Of a DNA stretch of 64,000 bases, positions 25,480 through 39,002 are shown one piece after another. Origin of the DNA: Puccinia triticina (lineage: Eukaryota). The DNA lies in assembly GCA_026914245.1 (NCBI GenBank), contig CP110440.1, positions 1,984,001-2,048,000 of the forward strand. Reading direction: 5' to 3'. How positions within the stretch are numbered: the stretch's first letter is position 1; each line of letters starts with the position of its first letter. Under the pieces are notes generated by a model, which ran no database searches, had not been told where the DNA came from, and worked only from the letters and a program-made list of their open reading frames with translations. A program made the translations under genes and the position numbers.

Positions 25480-25875
25480 ACTAGAGGACAAGGCGGCTTT
25501 GCCGCTGCAAATTGATGATCATAGCTTGTACCGGAAAGCAGTTTCTCCAGGACCCTTGAAAACTCCATAATCATTGGTTCAAAAAATTACCAGATGATCT
25601 GGTTTATTTTGTTTGGGTGTTGATAAACGCACTCCGGTCCCCCCCCCCCCGGGCACGTCCACACTGTGAGCCTGTGTCTCTCATGTGAAAACAGGACACA
25701 AAGAAAAATGTTGGATTTTTTGGGATAAAGAAATACAAACTGAGAGAGAGAGAAAGAGAGAGAGAAAAATAGAAGATCAGGGCTAGAATTTTAGTCTTTA
25801 ACTAGAATTTTGGGGCGGCTGCGCCGCTGCTTTCTTATTTGATACTAGAGGCCAAGGCGGCTTCGCCGCTGCAGG
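25480..25875 (-). mobile_element. Cluster of three Helitron-like 3' termini around an LTR-end fragment (~25665-25792)
   Basis: ACTAG...GCGGCtnyGCCGCTGC at ~25480, ~25801 and ~25845; the fragment is a reverse-complement match to 38690-38778. Confidence 0.55.
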
Positions 25876-26165
25876 GGGGGAGCTGCAATGCCAGGGGTCT
25901 AACATGAAAAAGAATCTCTCTAAGATAAGTTCTTCCTCATCTTACAATGCACATCACTGATCAGTAGGAACCAACAGTGAAACAGCTGCACTGTGCTGAT
26001 ATCAGATGTATTTTCAGTGCAGCACAGCTGTCTACTGCTGATACTACAGCCCAATCAGCTTGAGTGCAGCAGTCTGACTGTTTCAATGCAAGTCTATTAA
26101 AACCAGAGTTTTGTGGAAAAAAAATCAAGGGTTTCCCCTATTTTTTATGGGGTAGGTTAATTTTA

Positions 26166-26777
26166 GGGGCAGGCTAAATCCACACCAAAAAATTACTACA
26201 TCCACTCCAACTTTCATTGGAGTGAACCATAGTCTACTCCAAATTTTGTTGGAGTGAACAAAATTACACTCCAAAAAAGCCTGTTTTTTGGAGTGTACCC
26301 ATAATGCACTCCAAAAATTTTGGAGTAAACCCAATTCCACTCCAAAAATATTTTTTCCAAAGTAAAATGATTTATTTTTTTGGAGTGCACAGACGTTCAC
26401 TCCAAATTTATTGGAGTGGTTTTACACAATATTCTAGTGAAAGAATTCAGGGTTCTCAAAGAGTAACAAAACCTTATGTCAGCATCATATGTGTATTTAA
26501 AATACATCAAAAATGATGTATGTACAATTCTTTTAGTTTCTACATGAATGACTAAAACCTTCACCAGAAATATATTTGGGGGGATTCAATTAGGTTGATT
26601 CATGTAACCTGCATACTACTGCTATAAACTTTTCCTGGTACTCCATCCCAAGAACTTGGCATATACATTTTTCAAAGTTACAAGTTTTGATTATACAGAT
26701 TCAAAATTGCATTTTTTTTTCAAATTTGAGAAGCCTTAATCCACTCGAATAAATTTGGAGTAAACATCTGTGCACTC

Positions 26778-26812
<35 letters not shown>

Positions 26813-27036
26813 CCTTGAAAAAATATTTTTGGAGTGGAATTGGGTTCACTTCAAAATTTTTGGAGTGCATCATGGGTACACTCCAAAAAACAGGCTTTTT
26901 TGGAGTGTAATTTTGTTCACTCCAACAAAATTTGGAGTAGACTATGGTTCACTCCAATGAAAGTTGGAGTGGACTACTGTTCACTCCATTTTTGGAGTGG
27001 ATGAAGTAATTTTTTGGTGTGTATTTAGCCTGCCCC
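26166..27036. mobile_element. Foldback MITE with ~255-bp TIRs and 8-bp TSD (TAATTTTA)
   Basis: GGGGCAGGCTAAAT...ATTTAGCCTGCCCC; TAATTTTA at 26158-26165 and 27037-27044; arms rich in CACTCCAA/TTGGAGTG. Confidence 0.9.
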
Positions 27037-27779
27037 TAATTTTACAAGGTGTGTTTTACAAGTTAAAAGGCCTTGTAAAAAAGTTCCTTGTAAAATTACA
27101 CATTGGGGGGGTGATGTGTAATTTTACAAGGAGTTGTCCAAATCTTGACCTTGTAATGGAAGTCCTTGCAAAAAGACCTTGTAAATTTCCCCCTCAGATT
27201 TTCCATGTGTAATTTCAAAAGGTATATTTTTTCAAGGGGTGACCTTGTAAGAAAATCCAAGTTTATTAAAGACAGAGAAACACAGAAACAAAGATCAAGG
27301 GTTCCCCCTACAAATTAACAAAATTACAGAAAAATGCAAGGGTTCCCCCTTCCAAAAAAAAAACAAATCACAAAAAAAGTGTTATTAACACAAAATCTAA
27401 ACACCACAAACTAGACCCACTATCCATCCCTGTCTAGCAGGGTTTAAAATAGTGGGTGGATGGCCCCCAGCGCGCCGCATTGAAGGCATTATGCAAAGGG
27501 GGGCCAACGAGATTAGCCCCTCAAACTGCGCAAGTGCAACAGCGGAGGGGTGAGGACGAACCGCACGCTGGAAGTACAGCGGCAGAGGACGCCCTGGGGG
27601 ACATAAGCAAGCAAGCCAAGGTCTATTTTATAGACAATCCAGCATTTAAAAGCCCTGACAACTACGCCACTGCCACGCCCCTCTGGTATCTCCGACCTGC
27701 AAGCCGGTGTTTTGAAAGGCTAGGTGTTGTCTAGGTTTTGGGCTGCGCGTGACCACGACAACATGTATCCAGAAACCAC

Positions 27780-29327
27780 CAAAGCCGCAAGCAACCCAAC
27801 CATCACCAGCCTCAGAATCTAGAGCTTGCTGCCCAGGTGAAGGATTACCACTCCGAGGCAGCCGCCCTCAAGGATGCGATCTCGAACTTATCCAAGGATG
27901 GGGTCACCTTGGAACAACACCTGTTGGATTTGGCCACACAACTTCCCAATGACATCCACCCCAGTGTTCCGATTGGCGCGTATGAAAAATTCGAGATCGT
28001 CTCTCTGTCTTCCGGCTCAACGCTTTCTGCCAACCCACTGCCCTTCAACTCTTTCGAAGTTCCTTCTCGCCCACCAGACCCTCACCGGGACCATTTCAAA
28101 ATCATGACCGAACTAGGATGGTTATTGTTCACAGACGGACAGAAGACAACCAGGCCGTTGTTCCCCTTTCTGCTCGGCAACGGGGCCTTTCTCAAGCTCG
28201 CGCTAACGCAGTATGCGATCTCCACTGCCGTTTAGTCCGGCTGGAATCTCATCCTGGGGCCAGACATCGTCCGAACCGAACTCTCAGAGCGATGCGGCTT
28301 TTCTCCCCGGGACGGGGGCGAATCCAATCACACGCACTTCGTCTTGACCCACAAGACCAATGACACCAACTCGGAGGAAGGAGATCAATCGTTAGAGCAT
28401 CTCTCGACCCAATCTCTGTCTCGCCGCAACGGCCGAAATCCCCCTCGTGGGCTCCTTTCACTCATCAACTCTCCCCAACAAGGCTTGCCCCTCATTCCCA
28501 TCAAGGGCCATCCAGCTCGTCAGTCTATGAACAGCTTATAGGGCCGAAGCTGGCGCGAGAGGAAGTGAAAGTCGAGGCTTATATCGAATTCATCAGTTTA
28601 AGAAAGTTGAACTCATGGCTATCACCCACTCTGACCTTGCAACGAGTGAGAAGATGCTTCAAAAGATGCTCGAGCTTCAGATTCAGATTGTTGCCAGTCT
28701 TAATCTTCCATAGAGGTATTTCGTTTTGTTCTTGAAAAACATGGATTTATCCATTAAAACTTGGTGAAGCCATCGATTGACGTCTTTCCCAAAAACAAAA
28801 GGGTCTTGGAGTTGTCAAGTCAGGATTTAGGCGCATCGACCTACCACAAATATGATATTGAGACGTGGATCCCAGGGCTGGGAAGATGGGGAGAGGTAAC
28901 TGATGAAATTGTGTTTGCCTGGGAAATCCTCCCGACAGAATTCCCAACACTCAGCCACCGCACATCTATACCTAGGTCTCTTCAGCCTCAAACTGTACGG
29001 ATTACCAATCCCGGCGGCTCGGGGATCCGCTCCAAAGTGCGCCGACCGTGTCCCGATCCCTGTACGGGAAATCAGGACTCAGGAGAAGGCGAGCCGGAGA
29101 GCAAGCCGGTTCCAAGCCGGAGAGGAAGCGACAAGCCGGCTTACGTCCACACTCACAAAGCCACCGCTGCAGCAATGCCCTGGCTGATCGTAAGTCTGGT
29201 CAAGAACGGCGTGATCCTGGACCAGAATAACAAGGTCACGGGCATCAAACTACCCGCAATCTTGAAGGATTTTTGGCTTGGCGAATCGACAGACATCGAG
29301 TGGGTACCTTCTAAACCGTCAACTTGA
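27780..29327 (+). pseudogene. Seryl-tRNA synthetase (probably mitochondrial type) pseudogene
   Basis: LPNDIHPSVPIG, RDHFKI, LALTQYA, DLGASTYHKYDIETWIPGLGRWGE and YVHTHKATAAAMPWLIV match class II SerRS motifs. Contains stops, frameshifts and a retained intron at ~28715-28800. Confidence 0.88.
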
Positions 29328-30488
29328 TTCACGTCGGTAGGGTCTGCCTTTTTGGCTAGGAAATAAAATTGGTTTATGCATATCTATTTAGACCACTATT
29401 CAAAATTCTGTTAGTGATGATTTTCCTATTGAGATGCCATACTCAAAACTACATGTTCATAGTATAATCTTTCTCCCCTCTCTGCATTTCTTTGACCTTG
29501 TCTTAGTGTACTCAAATGGCTGCGTGGATTGAGATGTATTGCATGATAGGTGTTTTGTGCAATACTACCAGCTGATTCAAAATAAAAGGTATGAAAAGAT
29601 GTGTTTGGATCTTTTTGGAGAGTAAAGATTTATATGCAGGCAGGAACATGCCATTCCTGAGGTTACAAAATGCACCATGCTTTGCAAATCTGCCCGACCC
29701 TTGACTGTGTACCAGGCGCCCTTTCAAAGGCTTCCAAATTATTATCATCACTTCTACATGTTGTGTTGTCAAAAGCAATCATATTCAATTCATCTCACTA
29801 GCCCTGGCCTCTCTTTTTTCACTTTCTGTTATGAGCAAACAGAAGTGGCCGCCACAATGTCTTATGATTAGGGCCTCCATGAACATGTATATCTCTGAGG
29901 AAGACAATCCTGGAGGTGAAAAGTATTGTCTGCAATTAGGTCTCATCAGTTCAAATCAATGTAAGTTGTTGACTGATGCTACATTTTTGACTGATGCTAC
30001 ATTGTTGACTGATGCTACATGAGGACAACAGCTCATTTCCAGCTTGATAGAGAACAGATTACTTATCAGCTCCAGCCCATGACTATTCCCCCTTTCCTTA
30101 TCAGTGACTGTATACTATTTTTGACATGGTCACTTGACATCCAATTCATTTCTACAAAATCAAAGTTTCCTGGTTGTTAGTTTCCTGATTGAAATATCCA
30201 AAGCCAGCTCAGCTGAGCAGTGCATGCTTGTTTGTAATGAAGAGCTCTGATTTGTATTTGGAATTACTGAAATTGAGATTGATGCAATTTACAAACTGAC
30301 CCAATCCAAAGCTGTGTTATTCATTTATAAGGTGTCACTGTTAGCCAAAGAATAAAAAAGGCAAGTTCTCTGCTTGTTAACCCATTAAAAAGCCACACAA
30401 TTATTAGTGTGCAGGCCGGCCTGCTGCCCCGGTGTCTTTTTGAGGAAACTTTTTATTTGAATGCTGTGAAGTGAACCCCTGATTCTCT

Positions 30489-30516
30489 GCAGCGGCGCAG
30501 CCGCCTTGGCCTCTAG
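30489..30516 (+). mobile_element. Helitron-like 3' terminus
   Basis: GCAGCGGCGCAGCCGCCTTGGCCTCTAG|T. Confidence 0.6.
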
Positions 30517-31399
30517 TGACCTTTCAAAATTGCACATTGTTAGCAAAATCTTGAATTTTACAAGGGAAATCTTGAAATAGTAAAACACCTTGCAAAAGCA
30601 CCTTGTAAAAATCAATGACAGTGGTTAGCCAAGTTAAATTTACAAGGTTTCAAAAAACATTTCCAAGGTCATTCCCCACCCCCCCCCCCCCCCCCACCCC
30701 TCCTTTTTTTTTTTTTTTTGGAAAAACAACTTCAAACTGCAAAATGTGCCTAAGTTGACTGGGTGCCTCCCCCTAGGGATGACTTAGAGCCCTACAGGTT
30801 ATTTTGTCCTGTAAGACCCCTGTGCCTTGGGTTTCATAAACCTTCAACAAGACCCAACTCAGACCAAATAGTCATGTTGCCTCCTCCCCTCCTTAGAAAA
30901 TGGGAAGTTACACTATCTAGGTCCCTTAGATGTCATTTAGTTATCCAGTGCTATGTGTTGTGAAAAAAAACATAAATAGAATCTGTGGGTTCCAAAAGAA
31001 AGATTGAATGTTTCTTAAAAGAATGTGACCTAATTTCTTCAAAGAAACTCCTGTTTTTGATTTGAAATCCAAGTTTCTTAAATCCACACAAACGTGGAAA
31101 CTTAGATCTAAGTTTTGGCATATTTCTAATTTAAAAATAACCCAACAGAAGAGCACACAATTTAGACGATACACACAGCAGTTGAAAATATCCCCAAAGA
31201 CCCAAAGGCCCTATGGATGACCCTCCAGCTGTGCAAGAGCAACAAGCAAAAAAGGGCCGGTTGTGAAAAACTCTGTGAAAGAGCTGTCAAGGAGGGGCCT
31301 AATCAAACAACTAGGGGGCTTCCAGGGAGGGGGCGGACAAAACCAAATCCCCTGGGGGGACAATAGACACCAGCCCCCTCCCTCCTTAAATATTCAAGC

Positions 31400-31760
31400 T
31401 CAGCCCATCCATAGGTGCCAGGCGATGAGTTGTGACTCTAGCGGCATCCGGCGCCATGGCCACCGTATCCTTGCCAACACCACGCCACCCAGTTCCACCC
31501 AACCAAAACCCTTGCATCAAAATTTTACCGGGCTCTATGATGATATTGTCTCACTATCCTGGTTGCCTTGCTCAAATTATCTCCTGACAACCATCTAGAC
31601 AAGGCGAGGATGTAAATTTCCAATCTGGTCAAGGGCTACTGGCCACAACAATATCGTCCTTAAAACCTGGCTCATTGGCAACCTCACAGACCCAACCAAT
31701 GAGCCCCGGGTGATCACCTTCAATAAAGATGGAGCATGTTTTGTGTGGATGAACAAAGAT
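31400..31760 (+). pseudogene. WD40-like gene fragment
   Basis: DDIVSLSWLPCSNYLL and VITFNKDGACFVW resemble beta-propeller blades; internal stop. Confidence 0.35.
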
Positions 31761-31794
31761 AGGCTCAATCCAGGCAATGAATCAGATGATGAGT

Positions 31795-32332
31795 AGGAAC
31801 GCAGGGCGAGTATTCCGGGCTAGAGCATTCATTGGTCCCAGGCGTAGTCAAGTCGTTGAAGATCATCACACAGAAGAAGTGCGAGCGGATCGCCCGCTTT
31901 GCCTTTGACTTTGCCTCAAGAACCACTGCAAACACGTCACCTGTGTCCACAAGGCTAACATCATGAAGCTCGCTGACGGCCTCTTCCGCAAGACTTGTCG
32001 TCAAGTCGCCAAGGAATACAAGCGCTCCGGAGTCACTTTCAGTGGCATGATTGTCAACAATGCCTCCATGCACCTCGTTGCTAAACCCCAACAATTTGAC
32101 GTCATGGTCATGCCCAACCTGTTTGTCCCTCCTACGCTCTCCCTCTCTCCCACTTACGTCCACCAACACACTTACAATCTCTTTTTCTTATGATGTTCCC
32201 CAGGTATGGGGCTATCGTCGCCAACATTGGTGCGGCTCTCGTCGGACAACCGGGGATCGTTCCGGGGGCAAAAATTGCCGGGAGTTTGCGTTATTCAAGC
32301 CAGGTTGTTGACATGTAGCCAAGGACATCATG
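31795..32332 (+). pseudogene. IDH1: Internal fragment of mitochondrial NAD-dependent isocitrate dehydrogenase subunit 1
   Basis: [62 protein letters not shown] and GC*HVAKDIM. Intron at 32121-32203; frameshifts; both gene ends missing. Confidence 0.9.
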
Positions 32333-33479
32333 GTAAGCCTGGCGGCATTTAACTGCGTCTGACCCGTCTCCGGCCGACTGAAGCTGTGGGATTGACAGGG
32401 CCAAGACGTGGCAAACCCGATTGCTCCTGTTTGGGCCGGGTGTTCCCGCTGGTAAACAACCTGAAGGCCGCCAGCGCCAATGCGCCGCTTGCCGTCTTCA
32501 CAGTTGGTCCCAATCTAAGAGCAAAAATTGCTAGCAATCCTCGAGTGGCACCGGGCAAAGCAGAACCTGCTGACAACAATGTTTTGAAAGCAGTACAGGA
32601 AGGCAAGCTGCCCAATATCTGTCCTCCCTGCTCGCTCCGGCAGACAGAGAGAGAGACTAAACCCTACTAAACCGCGCTGCTGCTTGATCTTTCTGACTTG
32701 GAAGGTCCTGGTCTGAGCCTTGCATTCTACAACACCGGTACTCAGAGGGCTTCAGGTGAGCAGCTCGAATTCCAGTCCACCTGAAACTCTCAGCGGAGCA
32801 ATCAAACATGCGGAATGCGCCGGAGGTGCTGTTCCTACTGAGCTTATCCCATGAGCATGAGCTGATGCTCGCGCGAGCGCTCAACCCAGCTTCTCAGCAG
32901 CCGCCTCCAATAAGCATCTTTGCATTGGACTCGAGGAGGCCATGTCCTGTTGGCTTTCCATTGTTGCCATCAACTCCAGCAGACCAAATGAGATGGTCAG
33001 CCATCAGTGCACCGGCTTTGTCATCCCCCTGATCCCCAGAAACAGGCCCACCAAGTCCACAACATTCCTCAAATGGACAACAAACAATGACAAAAATTGA
33101 AAATGCTGACTGCAGCTGTATTCTTGAGCTCTTCAATGAAATCATGGGTAAACATGTTGAACTTGTGATCCACGATATCCTGAACCGTATCTGTCAAACC
33201 AAGTTTGTTTGCAATTAATAAGGACAATAAGATTCACTAAAGATAGAACTCTTTTGATATGAGATTGATGCCTGTGGTGTGATGACCACAAATAGAGTCA
33301 GCTGTCTGTTTCTCAAAAGGAATTAAGAGAAAAACATTTGTACATTCATCAATATCTGGATTATCAAAAGGCTGCTTTCATTGGTAAATATCTTGAGTAA
33401 CAAGCAGGTTAGTAAACATCCTCATTGATCTAATTGTTTGTGTCAGCCTACGTGATGCCAAGGATATTATCCTTCTAGC

Positions 33480-34698
33480 TACACGTTGTGCAAAGCAAAA
33501 GATTAGAGTTATAAAACTCTAAGACAAGGTTATAAGGGTTAATTCCAACGTAAGTGTTGGGAATTATGGCGTAAGAATAAGGCAATTTGGGCCAATTTGG
33601 GCCAATTTTGACGTAATAAAATGAATATAATTAATTTTAAGAGGGGCCTGATAAATCAGGGGTGTTTAATCCCTCTAGAATGAAGAACTGGGGCCTGTAA
33701 ACAGGGGTGTTTCAAATCCCAGAAAGAAATGGCGGAGAATCTCAAGAGAAGGGGCTTAAACTTACTAGTATAAGACCCTAGAGTCACTTGAGGTTCTTCA
33801 GGCGTGAAGTTGGGCAGTTGGAGGAGCTCAGAGGAGGTAATCTTGAGGGCAGGGTGATTACTGGACAGCTTCAGGGCGGAAATTGGGGCTAAAAATCACG
33901 AAAGTAGGTATTTTACATGGCAAATCACAGGCTATTGAGGCTGTTGAAGGCGGGTAAAATTCTAGTAGGTAATGTAAAGCTGGGGAATCTCCTTTTGGGC
34001 GGAGAAAGGGCCCTTTATATAGCCTAGGCAGGCCTCCAGGGGCGCCCAGGGGACATGGGGACACTTGTGGGCGCATTCTGAGGCAATTTGGTTGCGCTAG
34101 AAGGCGCTGTGGGTTGTGGAACCTTGGGGCTTGGATACAAGGGTTGCCAAGAGCCTTTTACAGAGGTTCTGCGTGTTTTTACACATGCCTTACACGTCAT
34201 GGGGGCTGGTTTGGGGGTTCTGTGACGCTCATTTCCGTGGAAATGTGCCACAGAAGGTACTAGAACTGGCTTCTGTGCAATTGTACACGTGCAAGCAGTG
34301 CTACATACATGTTCTGGAGGCGCTTATTAAGTGCTCCAGTTCATTTGACCCCTTCTACATATTTACTACAGTTGTAATTTACACGTAGTGAGGCTTGGGA
34401 GAAGCTGGGGCGCTTTCTAGTGTCTCCTGTGCACGTTGCAAGAGCCTTTTTCCATCTAGAATGTTTTGATATTGGATGACGTGGTAATTAAATCTTGTTT
34501 GGTGATTAATTACATGTGTACAAGACATATAACACATGTAGTATTGCTATTGGGGCGTATTCTGGCCCATTCTTACTTACTGGTAACCTGAGCGCTTTGG
34601 TTGCAGGCTAGTTTATGCATTATGCATATATGTACACTAGGAGCGCGGGCTTGAGCTCTAGGCAACAGAGCACGCGGGCTTGGGTGCGCCACGCAACA
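33480..34698 (-). mobile_element. Probable solo LTR
   Basis: Minus strand begins TGTTGCG at 34698; TATA box CTATATAAAGG near 34012-34023. Left end and TSD unresolved. Confidence 0.35.
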
Positions 34699-37600
34699 AA
34701 TAAAGCCATCTTTTAAACTATACACAACACCTCAGTTACGTCACTAAAAATGGGTGTAAATATATGTACTTATATATATATGTGCATACAAGTGCATCTA
34801 CGCGGGGCGTGATGCACTTGCGCAAACTTTGAAGTTAGTTTACACAAGGAAGGGATAATAATTAAGGGTACTTGTAAGTGAGGTACCCTAGGTTATTTTA
34901 CCCGTAGAATAAGAATCTTCTATAACACCAGGGGGGAATTGGTGGCACTCTCTGGAGAGTGCCAGACCGTAATTTATGTGGGGAAGTGCTCCATAAGTAA
35001 GCCATGGCCTCATGTGTGACTATGTCATGAGTCAGCTGCATGTTGTGTTGATCTGATGCCTATCTTCATCTTATGTTCATGCATGAAATCTGGTAAGTGA
35101 AATTTACCGGATGACCATTGGTAAGTCATTTTTCAATCATTTCCACTTTGGCTTCCTTGAACCACCTGTGGGCCCCATGTGCAGATTCTGTAGTAGCTTG
35201 TCAACACAGATCAACTTGCAAGAAGAAATCATGTCCACAGGTGGCAACATCTCACCGTTCTATGGGGTAAGTGGAGGTCATTTCTTCTTTCCAAGATAGA
35301 TAGCCAAGCCAATTGAAAGATCGAGGATTGGTGATGTGCTAAAATAAAACACATGACATGCATAGGGCCAGAGGAAAGGTGGAATCAATTGTGGAATTAG
35401 GTCATATTAGTAACATAAGTAAAAACTCATCAACCAGAAGATTACAATCTCCAGCAGCATCATTGGTGATACACAATTCCTGTCTGAGAAGTTGAATTCA
35501 CACAGTCCATTCCTGATGTAGAGGAATGGTATTTGTAGAATTCATCCAGTTGATATGTGTTTCTCCTGCAAAAACTAAACTATGACAGCACAAAAAGCTC
35601 CCCTTGGCTCCCTTCATTCAGGACAAGGAAGGTGAAATCCACACAGCACTGTGTCATCTGATACTAATTCCGCTGTATGTTCAGGTTTTATCCTCCAAGT
35701 AAAAATGGATCTTTGGCAGAATGCATCCAGTTTACTGCTTTCTGACATTAAGTGACCTCACTGTGAGACAAGCAACATGGTCCTGGATTGGATATATTGT
35801 CTTGAGTGCATTGTGGAGTGAATCCTGGATGGCCGACCACTTCACTTCCACCCTCCTGCCTGCACAACCCAACTTTACCCCATTCTTGAATGTCTAAGTC
35901 CTCCTCCTCCTCCATGTTTCACGTAAAAATTCTAAGTGAAAAAACCGCAAGATCAAGGAAGATGATGCATATTGGGCTGTTTCCATACTTAAAATACTTA
36001 AATAGCTAGAGGGCATGATTGCTAGCAATGAGCAAGGCAGTTTCATAATTTGGAGATGGGAAAAATGGGTTCATGCAGGTTATATAACAAGGGTAAGAAA
36101 AGCGGGAACCATACACCGGGTAACCATGTCACCGCCATCCATGGTCGGACCACAATCAATCTACCCCTGGCAAGTGCCCCCAGAATACCATGAAGCATTG
36201 CCAACTCAACAAGCTAGGTCAGATCAGACGCGTCGTTATTGTGTGATTATAACACTGAAAAGAAGATGGGATAGGCAGTATCACAATAGAGCCCCAACTA
36301 TGTTGCAGCCATGATCTCACCCTGTATAATCCCTGCTTGATCTGGGATTATATAGCCGGAAAGGGGAAGGATAACACGGTGAATTCCATGGGTATTGGGA
36401 AATAATGAGCAGGCAAATTGTGTGAAGAAGCTGTGTTGCCATCTTGGGACCCTTCCATTGCCAATATTCAACAAGAACCATATCTACTTTCTTGTTCAGG
36501 TCACTACCACAGGACTTCTGGGAGCAAGGTGTACTATTTTGTGGACTTCACTCCTGCAAAATCAATCTCCTTCAAAACCACTGTGGAATTTTTGATCTCC
36601 TTACTGGGTAATCAGCAGATGTCTGAAAGTCAAGGAGAGGGTTTCCTATTGTTCTAGATCTTCGGTGGCTTTTAATTGAGCCTGAATGCATGAGTGTATA
36701 GCCTCCGAGTAATAAATTTCATGGAGAGATGCTACTAATGCTTATATCCAAGCTACTTATGGGTGAAAGATCATCGAAGTGGCAGCTTGAGCAAGTTTTT
36801 GGCACGAGATAGAAATCAAATCCACTCCCTCCCTCCCCTTGTACTTCAAATTACACACAGGGAAAAACAACATCTGTAAGACGCATCTGCCAGGCATTAC
36901 TCCAAAACCTTCAAGCACCACGGCGAAAGTGATGTTGAGATGGGTTGATTTGGACAGGCAGCACAACATCTAGCCCTTTCTAAGCTTTGCTTATGCCTCA
37001 ATCCGTCAGCATGGAAAGTTGATCAGCTGCTGCAAATCGGGGAAGTGCGGATTTCCTGGTGTATCTATTCTGTGGGGCCCATTGAGCCCTTGACGATGTG
37101 CTTGAGCAAGTGCCGGATGGGAATATACACCTGTTGCTGCCTGCCCCTGTACGACCTCTTCACTTTGACCTGGGATGGCTGGCTCCGACAGAGGTGAATT
37201 GCAGGGCTCCTCTTGGACCTCTCTGGAAATCTTGGGCAAGGATCAACGATCAATCCCCCCAAATGTTGGCAACCTTCCCTCCTGACCCAGTTAGAGGATC
37301 TGTAGAAGGTGGATAGATGTCTATGGCTGAACGGAAATGTGAGTTCTGTTCAGACTGTATGATTTCTAGTTGTGCCTTGGCTGGAAGTGCCACCGGAGAC
37401 TCAGGTCCGGGTGGTGGACTTAGGATGGCGGCTGAGGTGGAAGTCATGCCATAGCGGGTGTGCAGTTTTTGTGAATTAGTGACTTAGCAAGTTCTGCTGT
37501 TGGCTCCCAGGCCCACTTCAGACAAGCTGTATCTGATCATAACCATTCAGGGTGTCTCAGGAATTGGGTTGAGGGCAGAGGGTGGAGCAGCCGTGGATCG

Positions 37601-38179
37601 CTAGTAGCTTGACTATGATTCACAACGGCGGGGCCGAAATTCTGACCTTGTCAGCAACGGAACAGTCCCACAGCAACCACCTGTCACAGAAGTCTACCAT
37701 AATGAACGGCCGGACATTACGGTGGACATAGACAAGGTTTCCCCCCCCCCCTGGCCTGCGTTTGTAGGGATCAGGTGAATATGAAGGACCTGCAGAAGTT
37801 GGCCTATGAAAGGATTGCGGGGCCAACAGGCAATCAGGGCAGTTCAACCCTTCCCCAAATACGGACATACATCAGACCATGACACCATTCTTCTTTCGCG
37901 CTTGGCAGGATGTGTTTGGGTGAGTCAAAGGGTGGTGGGGACGTATCCTCACTGTTTGAATGCAAGAAAGGGGAAACATCTCCCATGTCAGCCTTAGAGT
38001 CAACACAGTTGACCTAAAACTGCCTTTTATCTCCATTTTATACCTAAATGTGCTCATATCTTTTTAACCTTAAGACATAAGGTTGTTTTGACTTCAGATT
38101 CTGATTTCTCATGCAATTTTGACCCTAGTGTTCACTGATCACTTTACAATATCTCTACTCCTTCATAGAGTTTGTGGTT

Positions 38180-38778
38180 TGTGACACACATGCGCAGCAG
38201 CGCCGTGTAGTCGTGCCTGAGCGCTCCCAACCACATGTACATGTGTGATTATGTCATCCAACTTTGAAAATTTTCGAAGTCAGGATCCCCCATGCAGCTG
38301 GAGGATCCACAGACTTCAGCACACCAGAACCACACCCCAGATAACCCAGGATCACCACCAAAGAGATTACCACACTCCCAGTATACCTACCGTCACAGGC
38401 GCCTAGGATATTGACAGTAAGTAAACTCTTTCTCTGAACCTTGCTTATCCAGAGTGAAACTCTGTTGCTCTTGATTGTTTCTTCTTTTCTTCAACTCTTT
38501 CAATCTTAAAAGATCAAAAGGTTATCTCTGGTTAAGACCTACAAAACCAGAGCAGAGTAGTAACCCTACTTCTGAATCCCACCAACGTTTCCTTGTTGTG
38601 AGTGGAGGCTGTTGCACTCTTTCTTGGCCTTGCACAGCTGGCATCCAACTTTTCCAGGTTGAGAATAGCCCAGATCAATTAATTAAGACTTAAATTCTAG
38701 GCCTGATCTTCTCTTACTCTCTTTCTTTCTTCTCTCTCTGTTTGTATTTCTTTATCCCAAAAGAGACACAGGCTCACA
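38180..38778 (+). mobile_element. Probable solo LTR nested in the giant element
   Basis: TGTGAC...CTCACA; 3' end related to 25665-25792; no TSD found. Confidence 0.45.
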
Positions 38779-39002
38779 TCCCAGATGACGTACATGGGTA
38801 AACAGCGAGCACAAGATGCTTTCCCTTTGTTTCAGTTCCAAGGGCATGATTGGCCAACACCGGTCATATGACTCATTCTGGGCTGATGAATCTGCAACAG
38901 TGGTCCTCTCTGTTGTCTCCCTGATCTGCCTCACTGGTTTGGTTCCTCTCACCCTGCGACATCAATATCCTCAGCATGATCGAGCTTGCCGGCAATATCC
39001 AT

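Noticed and set aside
26779..26809. Poly-A tracts as retroposon tails (also 1861-1881)
   Set aside because: The first lies within a MITE arm matching a shorter T-rich tract in the other arm; no LINE/SINE body or TSD was found.
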